Shown here: piece after piece, positions 17,198-24,997 of the stretch | Layout: each line of letters begins with the position of its first letter | Numbering within the stretch: position 1 is the first letter of the stretch | NCBI GenBank assembly: GCA_963703575.1 | Contig: CAVPEU010000008.1 | Location: 193,880-257,879, forward strand | DNA from: an uncultured Chloroflexia bacterium | Lineage (GTDB): Bacteria > Chloroflexota > Limnocylindria > Limnocylindrales > CSP1-4 | Reading direction: 5' to 3' | DNA: 64,000 nt | The notes under the pieces: generated by a model | What the model saw: only the letters and a program-made list of their open reading frames with translations | What the model was told of the DNA's origin: nothing | Database searches by the model: none | Program-made: the position numbers and the translations under genes

Positions 17198-19227
17198 GCG
17201 CTCGATCCCGCGCCGCCCGCCGACGCCGTGCCGCCCGCCGACGGCGTGCCGCCCGCCGACGGCGTGCCGCCCGCGGAACCCGCGCCACCCTCGGACGCCG
17301 TGCCGTCGAAGTGGACGAGGCCCGTGCGGATCGCGCTCTCGATCGCCGACGACGCGGTCTGGCCGAGGCCGCAGATCGATGCGTCGCGCATCGCACGCGA
17401 GAGGTCGGCGAACCGGGTCATCTCCGCCGACAGGGAGCCCAGCGGCCGCCCGGCGACCAGCCGGGCAAGCAGTTCCTCCTGGCGGACGGTTCCCACCCGG
17501 CAGGGCACGCACTGGCCGCACGACTCGTCGCGGAAGAAGGCGGCGATCCGGCGGAGCACACCCGGCAGATCCGCCGTCTGGTCGAACACCAGCACCACTC
17601 CCGAGCCGAGCGTGGCGCCGGCGGCCCTCGTTCCCTCGAACGTGAGCGGCGTGTCCAGCCGGTCCGGGCCCACGAACGCTCCGGCGGCGCCGCCGAGCAG
17701 CACGGCCTGGATCGCCCGGCCGCCCGGGACGCCCCCGGCCAGTTCGATGACCTCGCCCAGCGTTGCCCCGAACGGCAGCTCGTACACACCGGGCCGGGTC
17801 ACGTCACCCGAGACGCAGAACAGCTTGGGCCCGGTGGAGCCCTCGGTGCCGATCCGCGCATACGCTTCGCCGCCCAGCCGCAGGATGAGCGGCACGTTAA
17901 CCAGGGTCTCCACGTTGTTGATCGCCGTGGGCTGGCCGAACAGGCCGAACTCCACCGGGAACGGCGGCTTGTTGCGCGGCTCCGGGCGACCGCCTTCGAT
18001 GGATTCGAACAGGGCGGTCTCCTCGCCGGCGATGTAGGCGCCGGCCCCGATGCGGAGCTCGATGTCGAACGACCAGCCGCTGCCGGCGACGTCGTCTCCC
18101 AGCAGGCCGGCCGCCCGCGCCTGGGCCAGCGCGCTCGCGAGGCGCTCCCGCGCCAGCGGGTACTCGCCGCGCAGGTACAGGTACCCGCGCGAGGCGCCGA
18201 CGGCGAACCCCTCGATCGTCATCGCCTCGAGGAGCGCGAACGGGTCCTCCTCCAGGATCGCGCGGTCCTTGAACGTGCCCGGCTCGGACTCGTCCGCGTT
18301 GCACACGACGTAGCGGGGCGTCGCCGGCTGAGCGGCCACCGCGGCCCACTTGCGGCCGGTGGGGAAGGCGGCGCCACCCCGGCCGACCAGCCGCGAGGCC
18401 GTGACCTCGGCGATGACGGCATCCGCGCCGATCGCGATGGCGCGCGCGAGGGCCTGGTAGCCGCCGGCGGCGCGGTAGGCGGCCAGGGAGGTCGGGTCCA
18501 CCCGGCCGACCCGGGCGAGGAGCCGCAGGTCCCCGGCACCGGCCTGGGGGGCGAGGCCCCGCACCCACTCGAGGGGCGCGGCGGCCGCGTCGCGCAGCTC
18601 GGCGCGGACCCGCTCCGGCCCGCCGTGCGCCACCTCCACGCACCAGCCGAGGGTGTCGGTCACGGCGTCCGCGCCGTCCAGCTCGCCGGCGACGAGAGCG
18701 CCCGCCTCCGGCCCGGCCACCGTCACCAGCATCGCGGGCGCACGCTCGCACTGGCCCAGGCACGGGCTCCGCTGCCACGTCCCGTCGCCGTCGTGGAGCG
18801 GCGTGCCGGGCGTCCCGACCGTCCGCTCCAGGTCCTCGCAGATCCGCTCCCCGCCGGCCAGCCGGCAGGCGATGTCGTCGCACACGTGGGCGACGACAGG
18901 CGGTCGCGGCGTCGTCGGCAGCAGCGTGTAGAAGGAGGCGACGCCATAGGCATCCGCGGGCGGCACCGACAGTCGGCGGGAGACGTGGTTGAGCGCCCCG
19001 CGACTCACCCAGCCGACCCGCGCGGCCGCCGCCTCCAGGGCCGGCAGCAGCAGGGTGCGTTGCGCCCGCGCCCCGTGTCCGCCCCGCGCGGCGCGCCCGT
19101 CCAGGGCGATGGCCCGGTCGCCGCCGTCCCAGCCGCCGCGCGCGGGCCCGATCTCCGGGTCGAGGACGGCGTCGATCGCCGCCCGCTCCTCGGGTGTCGC
19201 CGCGGGACCGACGACGTGGAGATCCAT
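17194..19227 (-). CDS. Formate dehydrogenase beta subunit, fused NuoE-like (2Fe-2S) and NuoF-like (FMN/NAD/4Fe-4S) domains
   Basis: NuoE-like thioredoxin-fold Cys motifs (CDDIAC...CLGQC). NuoF motifs (GRGGAAFPTG, CNADESEPGTFKDR, ESCGQCVPCR). C-terminal Gly/Ser/Ala-rich tail is encoded by a 21 bp x 3 tandem repeat. Confidence 0.8.
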   Translation of the reverse strand: MDLHVVGPAATPEERAAIDAVLDPEIGPARGGWDGGDRAIALDGRAARGGHGARAQRTLLLPALEAAAARVGWVSRGALNHVSRRLSVPPADAYGVASFYTLLPTTPRPPVVAHVCDDIACRLAGGERICEDLERTVGTPGTPLHDGDGTWQRSPCLGQCERAPAMLVTVAGPEAGALVAGELDGADAVTDTLGWCVEVAHGGPERVRAELRDAAAAPLEWVRGLAPQAGAGDLRLLARVGRVDPTSLAAYRAAGGYQALARAIAIGADAVIAEVTASRLVGRGGAAFPTGRKWAAVAAQPATPRYVVCNADESEPGTFKDRAILEEDPFALLEAMTIEGFAVGASRGYLYLRGEYPLARERLASALAQARAAGLLGDDVAGSGWSFDIELRIGAGAYIAGEETALFESIEGGRPEPRNKPPFPVEFGLFGQPTAINNVETLVNVPLILRLGGEAYARIGTEGSTGPKLFCVSGDVTRPGVYELPFGATLGEVIELAGGVPGGRAIQAVLLGGAAGAFVGPDRLDTPLTFEGTRAAGATLGSGVVLVFDQTADLPGVLRRIAAFFRDESCGQCVPCRVGTVRQEELLARLVAGRPLGSLSAEMTRFADLSRAMRDASICGLGQTASSAIESAIRTGLVHFDGTASEGGAGSAGGTPSAGGTPSAGGTASAGGAGSSA

Positions 19228-19337
19228 GGCTGCCGAGTGTAGACCGGCCGCGCGTCGCTCGTCCGGCGGCCCAACGGCACGCGGCCGGTGGTCCCGCGGC
19301 GCCGGCCCGCGCGGCGCGCCGGCCCGCGCGGGCGGGC

Positions 19338-20441
19338 TCAGAGCCTGATCGGCGGCCCGTACCAGACAGACGCGGCCAGGATCGCGTACAGCCCGAGCAG
19401 CATCAGGCCCTCGAGCCAGGTGGACTCGCCGTCGAACACGACGAGCGCACCCAGGATGGCGGCCAGGGCGAGGCCCACCAGGAGCGTCGGGGCCAGCACG
19501 AGCGTCATCGGCACGGGCGAGATGAGCAGGCTGGCCAGCATCAGCACCGGCGTCAGCGCGATCGCGACCTGGAGGCTCGAGTTCTGGATCAGGCTGATCG
19601 CGAGGTCGGTCCGGTTCCGGAGCGCCGCCTGGATGCCGACCACGTTCTCCACGGCGTTGCCGGCGATCGCGACGATCACGAGGCCGACGAACGCCTCCGA
19701 CAGTCCGAGTGTCGCCATCGCCGGCCGCAGCGCCTCCACGAACCAGTCAGAGACCAGCGCCGCCCCGATGCCGGCGCCCGCCAGCAGGCCCAGGGCAAGC
19801 CCCATCGGCCACTGGTGCTCGGGGACCAGCTCCAGGCTCGAGGCGCCCTTGCCGCCGCCCAGCGAGAAGGGGATCGAGGCGGCGAACACGACCAGCAGGA
19901 CGATGGAGACGAACACGGAGATCTCGACGGCGTGACCCTGGTCGGGGCCGCCCGGCGATGTGGAGATCGTCGGGATCGCGATCGAGGCAACCGCCAGCAC
20001 CAGCACGATCGCGATGTTGCGCACCGGCGCGGCCTGGAACGTCTGGGCGCCGTGCCGGAGACCGCCGGCCACGAACGCGAGCCCCAGCACCAGCAGGCTG
20101 TTGCCGAGGATCGAGCCGATGAGCGCGGTCTGGACGAGGACCACGAGGCCCTCGCGCAGCGCGAACAGCGAGATGAACAGCTCCGGGAGGTTGCCCAGCG
20201 CGGACTGGAGGACGCCCGTGGTCCCGGGCCCGAACCGGCTGCCGAGCTGGTCCGTCCCCTCGCCGACGAGCGCCGCCAGGCCGGCCAGCGTGACCGCCGC
20301 GACCAGGAACACCGCGACCTCGGACGCGCCTGCGAGCCGGAGGACGAACGTGAGCCCGACACCGGCCACGGCGACCGCCAGCAGGACGAGCACCTTGCGG
20401 CCGAGGAGGGTGGCGAGCGGCGGCGCCGCGGTGGATGTCAT
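19338..20441 (-). CDS. Ca2+/H+ antiporter (CaCA/ChaA family)
   Basis: About 11 TM helices with two alpha-repeat signatures (GNLPELF and GNAVENVVG). Confidence 0.8.
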   Translation of the reverse strand: MTSTAAPPLATLLGRKVLVLLAVAVAGVGLTFVLRLAGASEVAVFLVAAVTLAGLAALVGEGTDQLGSRFGPGTTGVLQSALGNLPELFISLFALREGLVVLVQTALIGSILGNSLLVLGLAFVAGGLRHGAQTFQAAPVRNIAIVLVLAVASIAIPTISTSPGGPDQGHAVEISVFVSIVLLVVFAASIPFSLGGGKGASSLELVPEHQWPMGLALGLLAGAGIGAALVSDWFVEALRPAMATLGLSEAFVGLVIVAIAGNAVENVVGIQAALRNRTDLAISLIQNSSLQVAIALTPVLMLASLLISPVPMTLVLAPTLLVGLALAAILGALVVFDGESTWLEGLMLLGLYAILAASVWYGPPIRL

Positions 20442-20565
20442 GCCTGCGACTCTCCGGGCTGTCCGTCCCCCGCGTCAACTCCATCCGTGCGCCCGCCCGG
20501 CGAGCAGGCGGGTGGCGGACCGATGGTGCCCCGGTGGCGGGGCGGCTTGTGCTACCATGTGCTAC

Positions 20566-20865
20566 ATGAGCGAGACCGGCGATCGTCCCTCACGCGTGGG
20601 CGTGCGCGAGCTCCGCCAGAACCTGTCCGTCTACCTGGACCGGGTGAAGGCCGGCGAGACGCTGGAGGTGACGGAGCACGGGCAGCCCGTCGCGCGCCTC
20701 ACGCCGAACCCGCCGCAGCGGCTGTCGCTCGTGGACCGGCTGATCGCGGAGGGGCGGATAACGCCGGCGAAGGGCGATCACCGGACGTTGCCGATGCCGC
20801 CGAAGATCCCAGGCCGTCCACTGAGTGAGATCCTGCGGGAGATGCGGGACGAGGAAGACCGGTGA
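20566..20865 (+). CDS. Type II antitoxin (Phd/YefM-like, VapB partner)
   Basis: 99-aa product (MSETGDRPSRVGVRELRQNLSVYLDRVKAGETLEVTEHGQPVARL...). Stop overlaps the start of the downstream PIN-domain gene. Confidence 0.6.
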   Translation: MSETGDRPSRVGVRELRQNLSVYLDRVKAGETLEVTEHGQPVARLTPNPPQRLSLVDRLIAEGRITPAKGDHRTLPMPPKIPGRPLSEILREMRDEEDR

Positions 20866-21254
20866 GCGAGCTCACCTACGCCGACGCATCCGCGCTCGTC
20901 AAGCTCGTCGTCGAGGAGCCGGAATCCCGGGCGATGCACCGATGGTTCGTTGAGGCCGGGCGGATCACGACGAGCCGGATCGGCATCATCGAGACCGTGC
21001 GCGCATCGTCGCGGCGCGATCACGACCCGGACCACCGGGACCGCGTCCTCAACGACGTCGAGGTGTTCGAGCTCGACGCCGCGATCGCCGGCGTCGCCGC
21101 ATCGCTGGAACCGTTCCTGCTCCGGACGCTGGACGCCATCCACCTGGCGACGGCGCTGGCGCTCGTGCCGGACCTCGATGCCTTCGTGACCTATGACGAT
21201 CGCCTCGCGGAGGCGGCGCGCGCGATCGGGCTTCCGGTGGTCCGACCGGCCTGA
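20862..21254 (+). CDS. vapC: PIN-domain ribonuclease toxin VapC
   Basis: 130 aa; PIN acidic residues in canonical spacing (DASALVKL...EVFELD...DAIHLATA...). Confidence 0.75.
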   Translation: MSELTYADASALVKLVVEEPESRAMHRWFVEAGRITTSRIGIIETVRASSRRDHDPDHRDRVLNDVEVFELDAAIAGVAASLEPFLLRTLDAIHLATALALVPDLDAFVTYDDRLAEAARAIGLPVVRPA

Positions 21255-21271
21255 CACAGGGCCCCGCCGGA

Positions 21272-21496
21272 TCAGTCCGGCGGCAGGTCCAGCCACCTCT
21301 CCCGGAGTTCCCCCGTCGCCAGCTCCGTCCGCGACGCGATCCCGAACCGCTCGAAAAGGCGAGCGAGATGCGTCTCCACGGTCCTGGCGCCGATCCCCAG
21401 CGCCGCGCCGATCTCGTCATTGCTGCGCCCCTCGGTCACGAGGCCGACCACCTCGAGCTCGCCGGGTTGGCGATCCGGCGCCGGCGCCCCGGCTGA
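21272..21496 (-). pseudogene. Start-less 3' remnant of a LuxR-family regulator gene (HTH domain only)
   Basis: Seventy-four sense codons plus stop, beginning immediately after the fdhA-C TGA stop and in its frame: SAGAPAPDRQPGELEVVGLVTEGRSNDEIGAALGIGARTVETHLARLFERFGIASRTELATGELRERWLDLPPD. Classic LuxR HTH, no ATG, no receiver domain. Confidence 0.4.
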
Positions 21497-23419
21497 TCAG
21501 CCGGTCGCGGCCGGGGCGCCGAGCTTCTCGACCCGGATCGCCGTCGCCTTGAACTCGGCCGTGCCGGACTTCGGGTCCGCCGCGTCGATCGTGAGGTTGT
21601 TGACCGCGACGTCGTCCTGGAAGTGGAGCGTCATGAACGCGAGGCCGGGCCGGAGCCCCTCGTCCACCCGGACCGGCGCCTCCACCTCGCCCCGGCGCGA
21701 GACCACGCGCACGCGCTCGCCCTCGGCCAGGCCCAGGCGCGCCACGTCCTCCGGTGACAGATCCAGCGTCTCGCCGCGGCGCCGCGGATAGCGGTAGCCG
21801 CCGGACTGGACGCCCGTGTTGTAGGAGTCCAGGTGCCGGCCGGTGGTCAGGCGGATCGGGAAGTCCGCGTCCAGCCGGTCCACCGGCGGGTCGTGCTCCA
21901 CCGGCACGAACGGCGCACGGTCGCCCGGGACCGGGTCCTCCCACAATCGGGAGTGGAGGAACAGCTCGCCCGGGTGCGTCTCGTCGTAGCACGGCCACTG
22001 GAGGCCGCCCTCCGCCTCCAGCCGCGCGTAGCTCATGCCCCGATGCACCGGGGAGAGGCTGCGGAGCTCGTTCCACACCGCCTCCGCGGACGGCTCACCC
22101 CAATCGTGGCCGAGGCCGCGCGCGATGTCGAAGATGATCGCCAGGTCGTCGCGTGCCTCGCCCGGCGGTGCCAGGGCGCGCCGCACCCGCTGGACGCGCC
22201 GCTCGGAGTTCGTGACCGTGCCCTCGCTCTCGGCCCACGCGGCGGCCGCCGGCAGTACGACGTCCGCCACCTCGGCAGTCGCGGTGAGGAAGATGTCCTG
22301 GACGACGAGGAAGTCGAGCCCGCGCAGCAGCAGCTCGGTCCGGTGGCGGTCCGCCTCGGACTGCATCGGGTTCTCGCCGATGACGTACAGGGCGGTCAGC
22401 TCGCCGCGCTCCATCGCGTCGAACATGCCGGTCAGGTGCCAGCCCTTCTTCGGCGGGACCTTGACCCCCCAGGCCGCGTCGAAGGGGGCCCGGAGCTCGT
22501 CCTGCTCCACGTGCTGGAAGCCCGGCAGCCGGTCCGGCAGGGCTCCCATGTCGCCGCCGCCCTGGACGTTGTTCTGGCCCCGCAGCGGGTTGATGCCGCT
22601 GCCGTACTTCCCGACGTGGCCGGTGAGCAGGGCGAGCGAGATCAGGGCGAGCACGTTGTCCACCGCGTTGTGGTGCTCGGTGATGCCCAGGGTCCAGCAG
22701 ATCATCGCGCGGTCCGCCGTCGCGTAGGCGTGGGCGGCCTCGCGGATGGCCTCCGCGGGGACACCGGTCTCCCGCTCCGCGTATTCGAGGGTGTATGGCT
22801 CGACGCCCGCTCGATACGCGTCGAAGCCGGACGTGGCGCGGGCGATGAACTCCTCATTCGCGAGACCGGCCGCGATGATCTCGCGGCCCATCGCGTTGGC
22901 GAGCGCGATGTCGGAGCCCACGTCGAGGCCCAGCCACAGGTCGGCCCACTGGGCGCTCGACGTCCGCCGCGGGTCCACCGCGATCAGCCGGGCGCCACGG
23001 TGCACCCCCCGGAGGAGGTGGTGGAAGAAGATCGGGTGCGTCTCCCGGGCGTTGCTGCCCCACAGGAGGACGAGATCCGTCTCCTCAGCCTCTCGATATG
23101 AGCTGGTACCGCCGCCAGCGCCGAACACGGTCGCCAGACCGGCGACAGAGGGGGCGTGTCAGGTGCGGTTGCAGCTGTCGATGTTGTTGCTGCCCAGGAC
23201 GACACGGGAGAGCTTCTGGGCCGCGAAGTTGACCTCGTTGGTCGACTTGCTGCAGCTGAAGATCCCGTACGTCCGGGAGCCGTGCGCCTCGCCAGCGGCC
23301 CGGAGCCCCGCGACCGTCCTCGCCAGCGCCTCGTCCCAGGTCGCGGGACGCAGGACGCCGGTGCTTCGGTCGCCGTCGCGGACGAGCGGCGTGGTCAGGC
23401 GGACATACTCCTTCGGCAC
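21497..23419 (-). CDS. fdhA: Formate dehydrogenase alpha, catalytic molybdopterin module; selenoprotein with in-frame UGA (Sec) at 23159..23161
   Basis: GTG start with AAGAGG Shine-Dalgarno and an in-frame stop two codons upstream. The two ORFs 23159..23419 and 21497..23128 are contiguous in one frame across a TGA: ...NIDSCNRT-TGA-HAPSVAGLATVFGAGGGTSS..., matching the fdhF ...CARV-U-HGPSVAGL Sec motif. The remainder is molybdopterin oxidoreductase plus C-terminal molybdopterin-binding domain. Confidence 0.85.
23105..23158 (-). promoter_or_regulatory. Bacterial SECIS element immediately 3' of the Sec-UGA of fdhA
   Basis: mRNA after UGA: CACG CCCCUCU GUCGCC GGUCU GGCGAC CGUG UUCGG. This gives a 4-bp lower stem, a 6-bp upper stem and a GGUCU apical loop, near-identical in architecture to the E. 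coli fdhF SECIS (loop GGUCU). Confidence 0.6.
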
Positions 23420-23763
23420 TGGTCACCTCTTGGTGGAGGGTCCGACTTGGGGAGTGTACTGCGCCGGAAATGTGCGCCACGTTCGGCGCAACGGATGCGG
23501 TCCCGTCCGTTGTTCGGTCGCGCGCTGCCGTGTCTGCAGGACCCGCCATCCGGCTCCAGGCTCCCATCGGAGCTGCCCGGCGGGCGGTTCCGGGTCCGTG
23601 AGTCACGAGATCGCGCCGACCGCGGTCAGCTCGGCTGCCTCGCCCCGATTCGCGGGTCTCCCAGGCACGCGCCGGCCACCTGCCGGCACGCGCCGCCCGC
23701 CTGCCGGAGCGCGACCGCGCACGCCCTGCACACGCCGCCCGCCTACCGGAGCGCGCCGCCCGC

Positions 23764-24819
23764 CTACCGGAGCGCGACGGCCGCCTCGCCCGCCTCCACG
23801 TTGCCGACCCGCCACGCCGCGACGCCCGCCGCCGCCAGGTCCGCCTCCACCTCCGCGAGCCGGTCCGCCGTCACGGCGGCGAGGAGCCCCCCGGATGTCT
23901 GCGGATCGTGGGCGAGCGCCACGAGCTCGGGCGGGACCCCGATCGCGACGTCCAGTGCGGGTGCCGTGAACCGCCGGTTGTGCCCCGCGCCCCCGGTCTC
24001 CACGCCGGCCCGCGCGAGATCGAGCGCGCCGTCGAGGGCGGGCAACGCGCCGGCCTCGAACACCAGCCGGACCCCCGACGCGCGGGCCATCTCGAGCCCG
24101 TGACCCAGGAGCCCGAACCCGGTCACGTCAGTCGCGCCGCGGATGCCGTGACGCACGAGGACCTCGGAAGCGGCGCGGTTGAGCGCCCTCATCTGGTTCA
24201 CGGCCGCGGCCAGGTCCGCGTCGCTCGTCCGGCCCTGCCGCCGTCCGCTGACCAGCAGACCCGTTCCCAGGGGCTTGGTGAGCAGGAGCGCGTCCCCGGG
24301 CCGCGCGCCGCCCTTGCGCAGCAGCCGGTCCGGGTGCGCCGCGCCGATCACGGCCAGCCCGTACTTCGGCTCAGGGTCCCGGATCGTGTGACCACCGGCC
24401 AGGATGCCGCCAGCCTCGCGCACCTTCGCCGCCGCCGCCTCGAGCACCGCGGTCAGCGCGTCGTTCGGGAAGTCCTCTGGGAACGCCGCGATCGAGAGCG
24501 CGAACAGCACCCGCCCGCCCATCGCGAACACGTCCGACAGCGCGTTCGCCGCAGCGATCTCCCCGTAGGCCGCCGGGTCGTCCACGAGCGGCGGGAAGAA
24601 GTCGAGCGTGCCGAGGATCGCGAGGTCGTCCGAGATGCGGTACGCGGCGGCGTCGTCGGGCGGATCGAGGCCGGCCAGGAGCGCGGGATCCGGGGCCGAA
24701 CCCGCGCCCAGCCCGGCCAGCGCCTCGGCCAGCAGGTCCGCGCCCAGCTTCGCCGCGCAGCCGCCGCAGTCGGTGAGGTCGGTCAGGCGGATCGGGGCGA
24801 GGTCGGGACGCGCCGTCAT
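23764..24819 (-). CDS. selD: Selenophosphate synthetase (selenide, water dikinase) SelD, Cys form
   Basis: N-terminal LTDLTDCGGCAAKLG motif; AIR-synthase-like fold motifs (GGHT, DVTGFGLLGH). Directly upstream of the fdhA selenoprotein gene on the same strand. Confidence 0.85.
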   Translation of the reverse strand: MTARPDLAPIRLTDLTDCGGCAAKLGADLLAEALAGLGAGSAPDPALLAGLDPPDDAAAYRISDDLAILGTLDFFPPLVDDPAAYGEIAAANALSDVFAMGGRVLFALSIAAFPEDFPNDALTAVLEAAAAKVREAGGILAGGHTIRDPEPKYGLAVIGAAHPDRLLRKGGARPGDALLLTKPLGTGLLVSGRRQGRTSDADLAAAVNQMRALNRAASEVLVRHGIRGATDVTGFGLLGHGLEMARASGVRLVFEAGALPALDGALDLARAGVETGGAGHNRRFTAPALDVAIGVPPELVALAHDPQTSGGLLAAVTADRLAEVEADLAAAGVAAWRVGNVEAGEAAVALR

Positions 24820-24887
24820 GCGCGGATCATAGGCGGGTCGGCCCGGGCGATCATCGGCGGGTCGGCCCGGGCGCTACCATCGCGGGC

Positions 24888-24984
24888 GGGAGCGGAGGGG
24901 TCCCGGTGGGCTCCCCGGTCTTCAAAACCGGTGGCGCGGCGCCCGGCGTCGCGCGGTGGGTTCGACTCCCATGCGCTCCCGCCA
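24888..24984 (+). tRNA. selC: tRNA-Sec (selC), anticodon UCA at 24922..24924
   Basis: 97 nt. Acceptor GGGAGCG pairs with CGCUCCC, then discriminator G and encoded CCA. Anticodon arm CCGGU-CUUCAAA-ACCGG (loop identical to E. coli tRNA-Sec), a long GC-rich variable arm, and T arm GGUUCGACUCC. Located between selD and selA. Confidence 0.75.
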
Positions 24985-24997
24985 TCCTCTTGAGGCG

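Noticed and set aside
16154-17521. Longer 455-aa version of the fdhA N-module ORF
   Set aside because: The first 108 codons are Arg/Gly-rich and overlap the fdhB C-terminus. The ATG at MTELDIG overlaps the fdhB stop, which is the usual coupling arrangement.
21497-21499. Second selenocysteine codon at the fdhA-C stop (TGA followed by an in-frame LuxR HTH)
   Set aside because: No SECIS-like hairpin follows, and the downstream frame is a regulator domain unrelated to formate dehydrogenase. Better explained as an in-frame gene remnant.
23764-24819. SelD as a selenoprotein (Sec at the active-site position)
   Set aside because: The active-site motif reads TDCGGCAAK with a genuine TGC Cys codon. 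There is no in-frame TGA.
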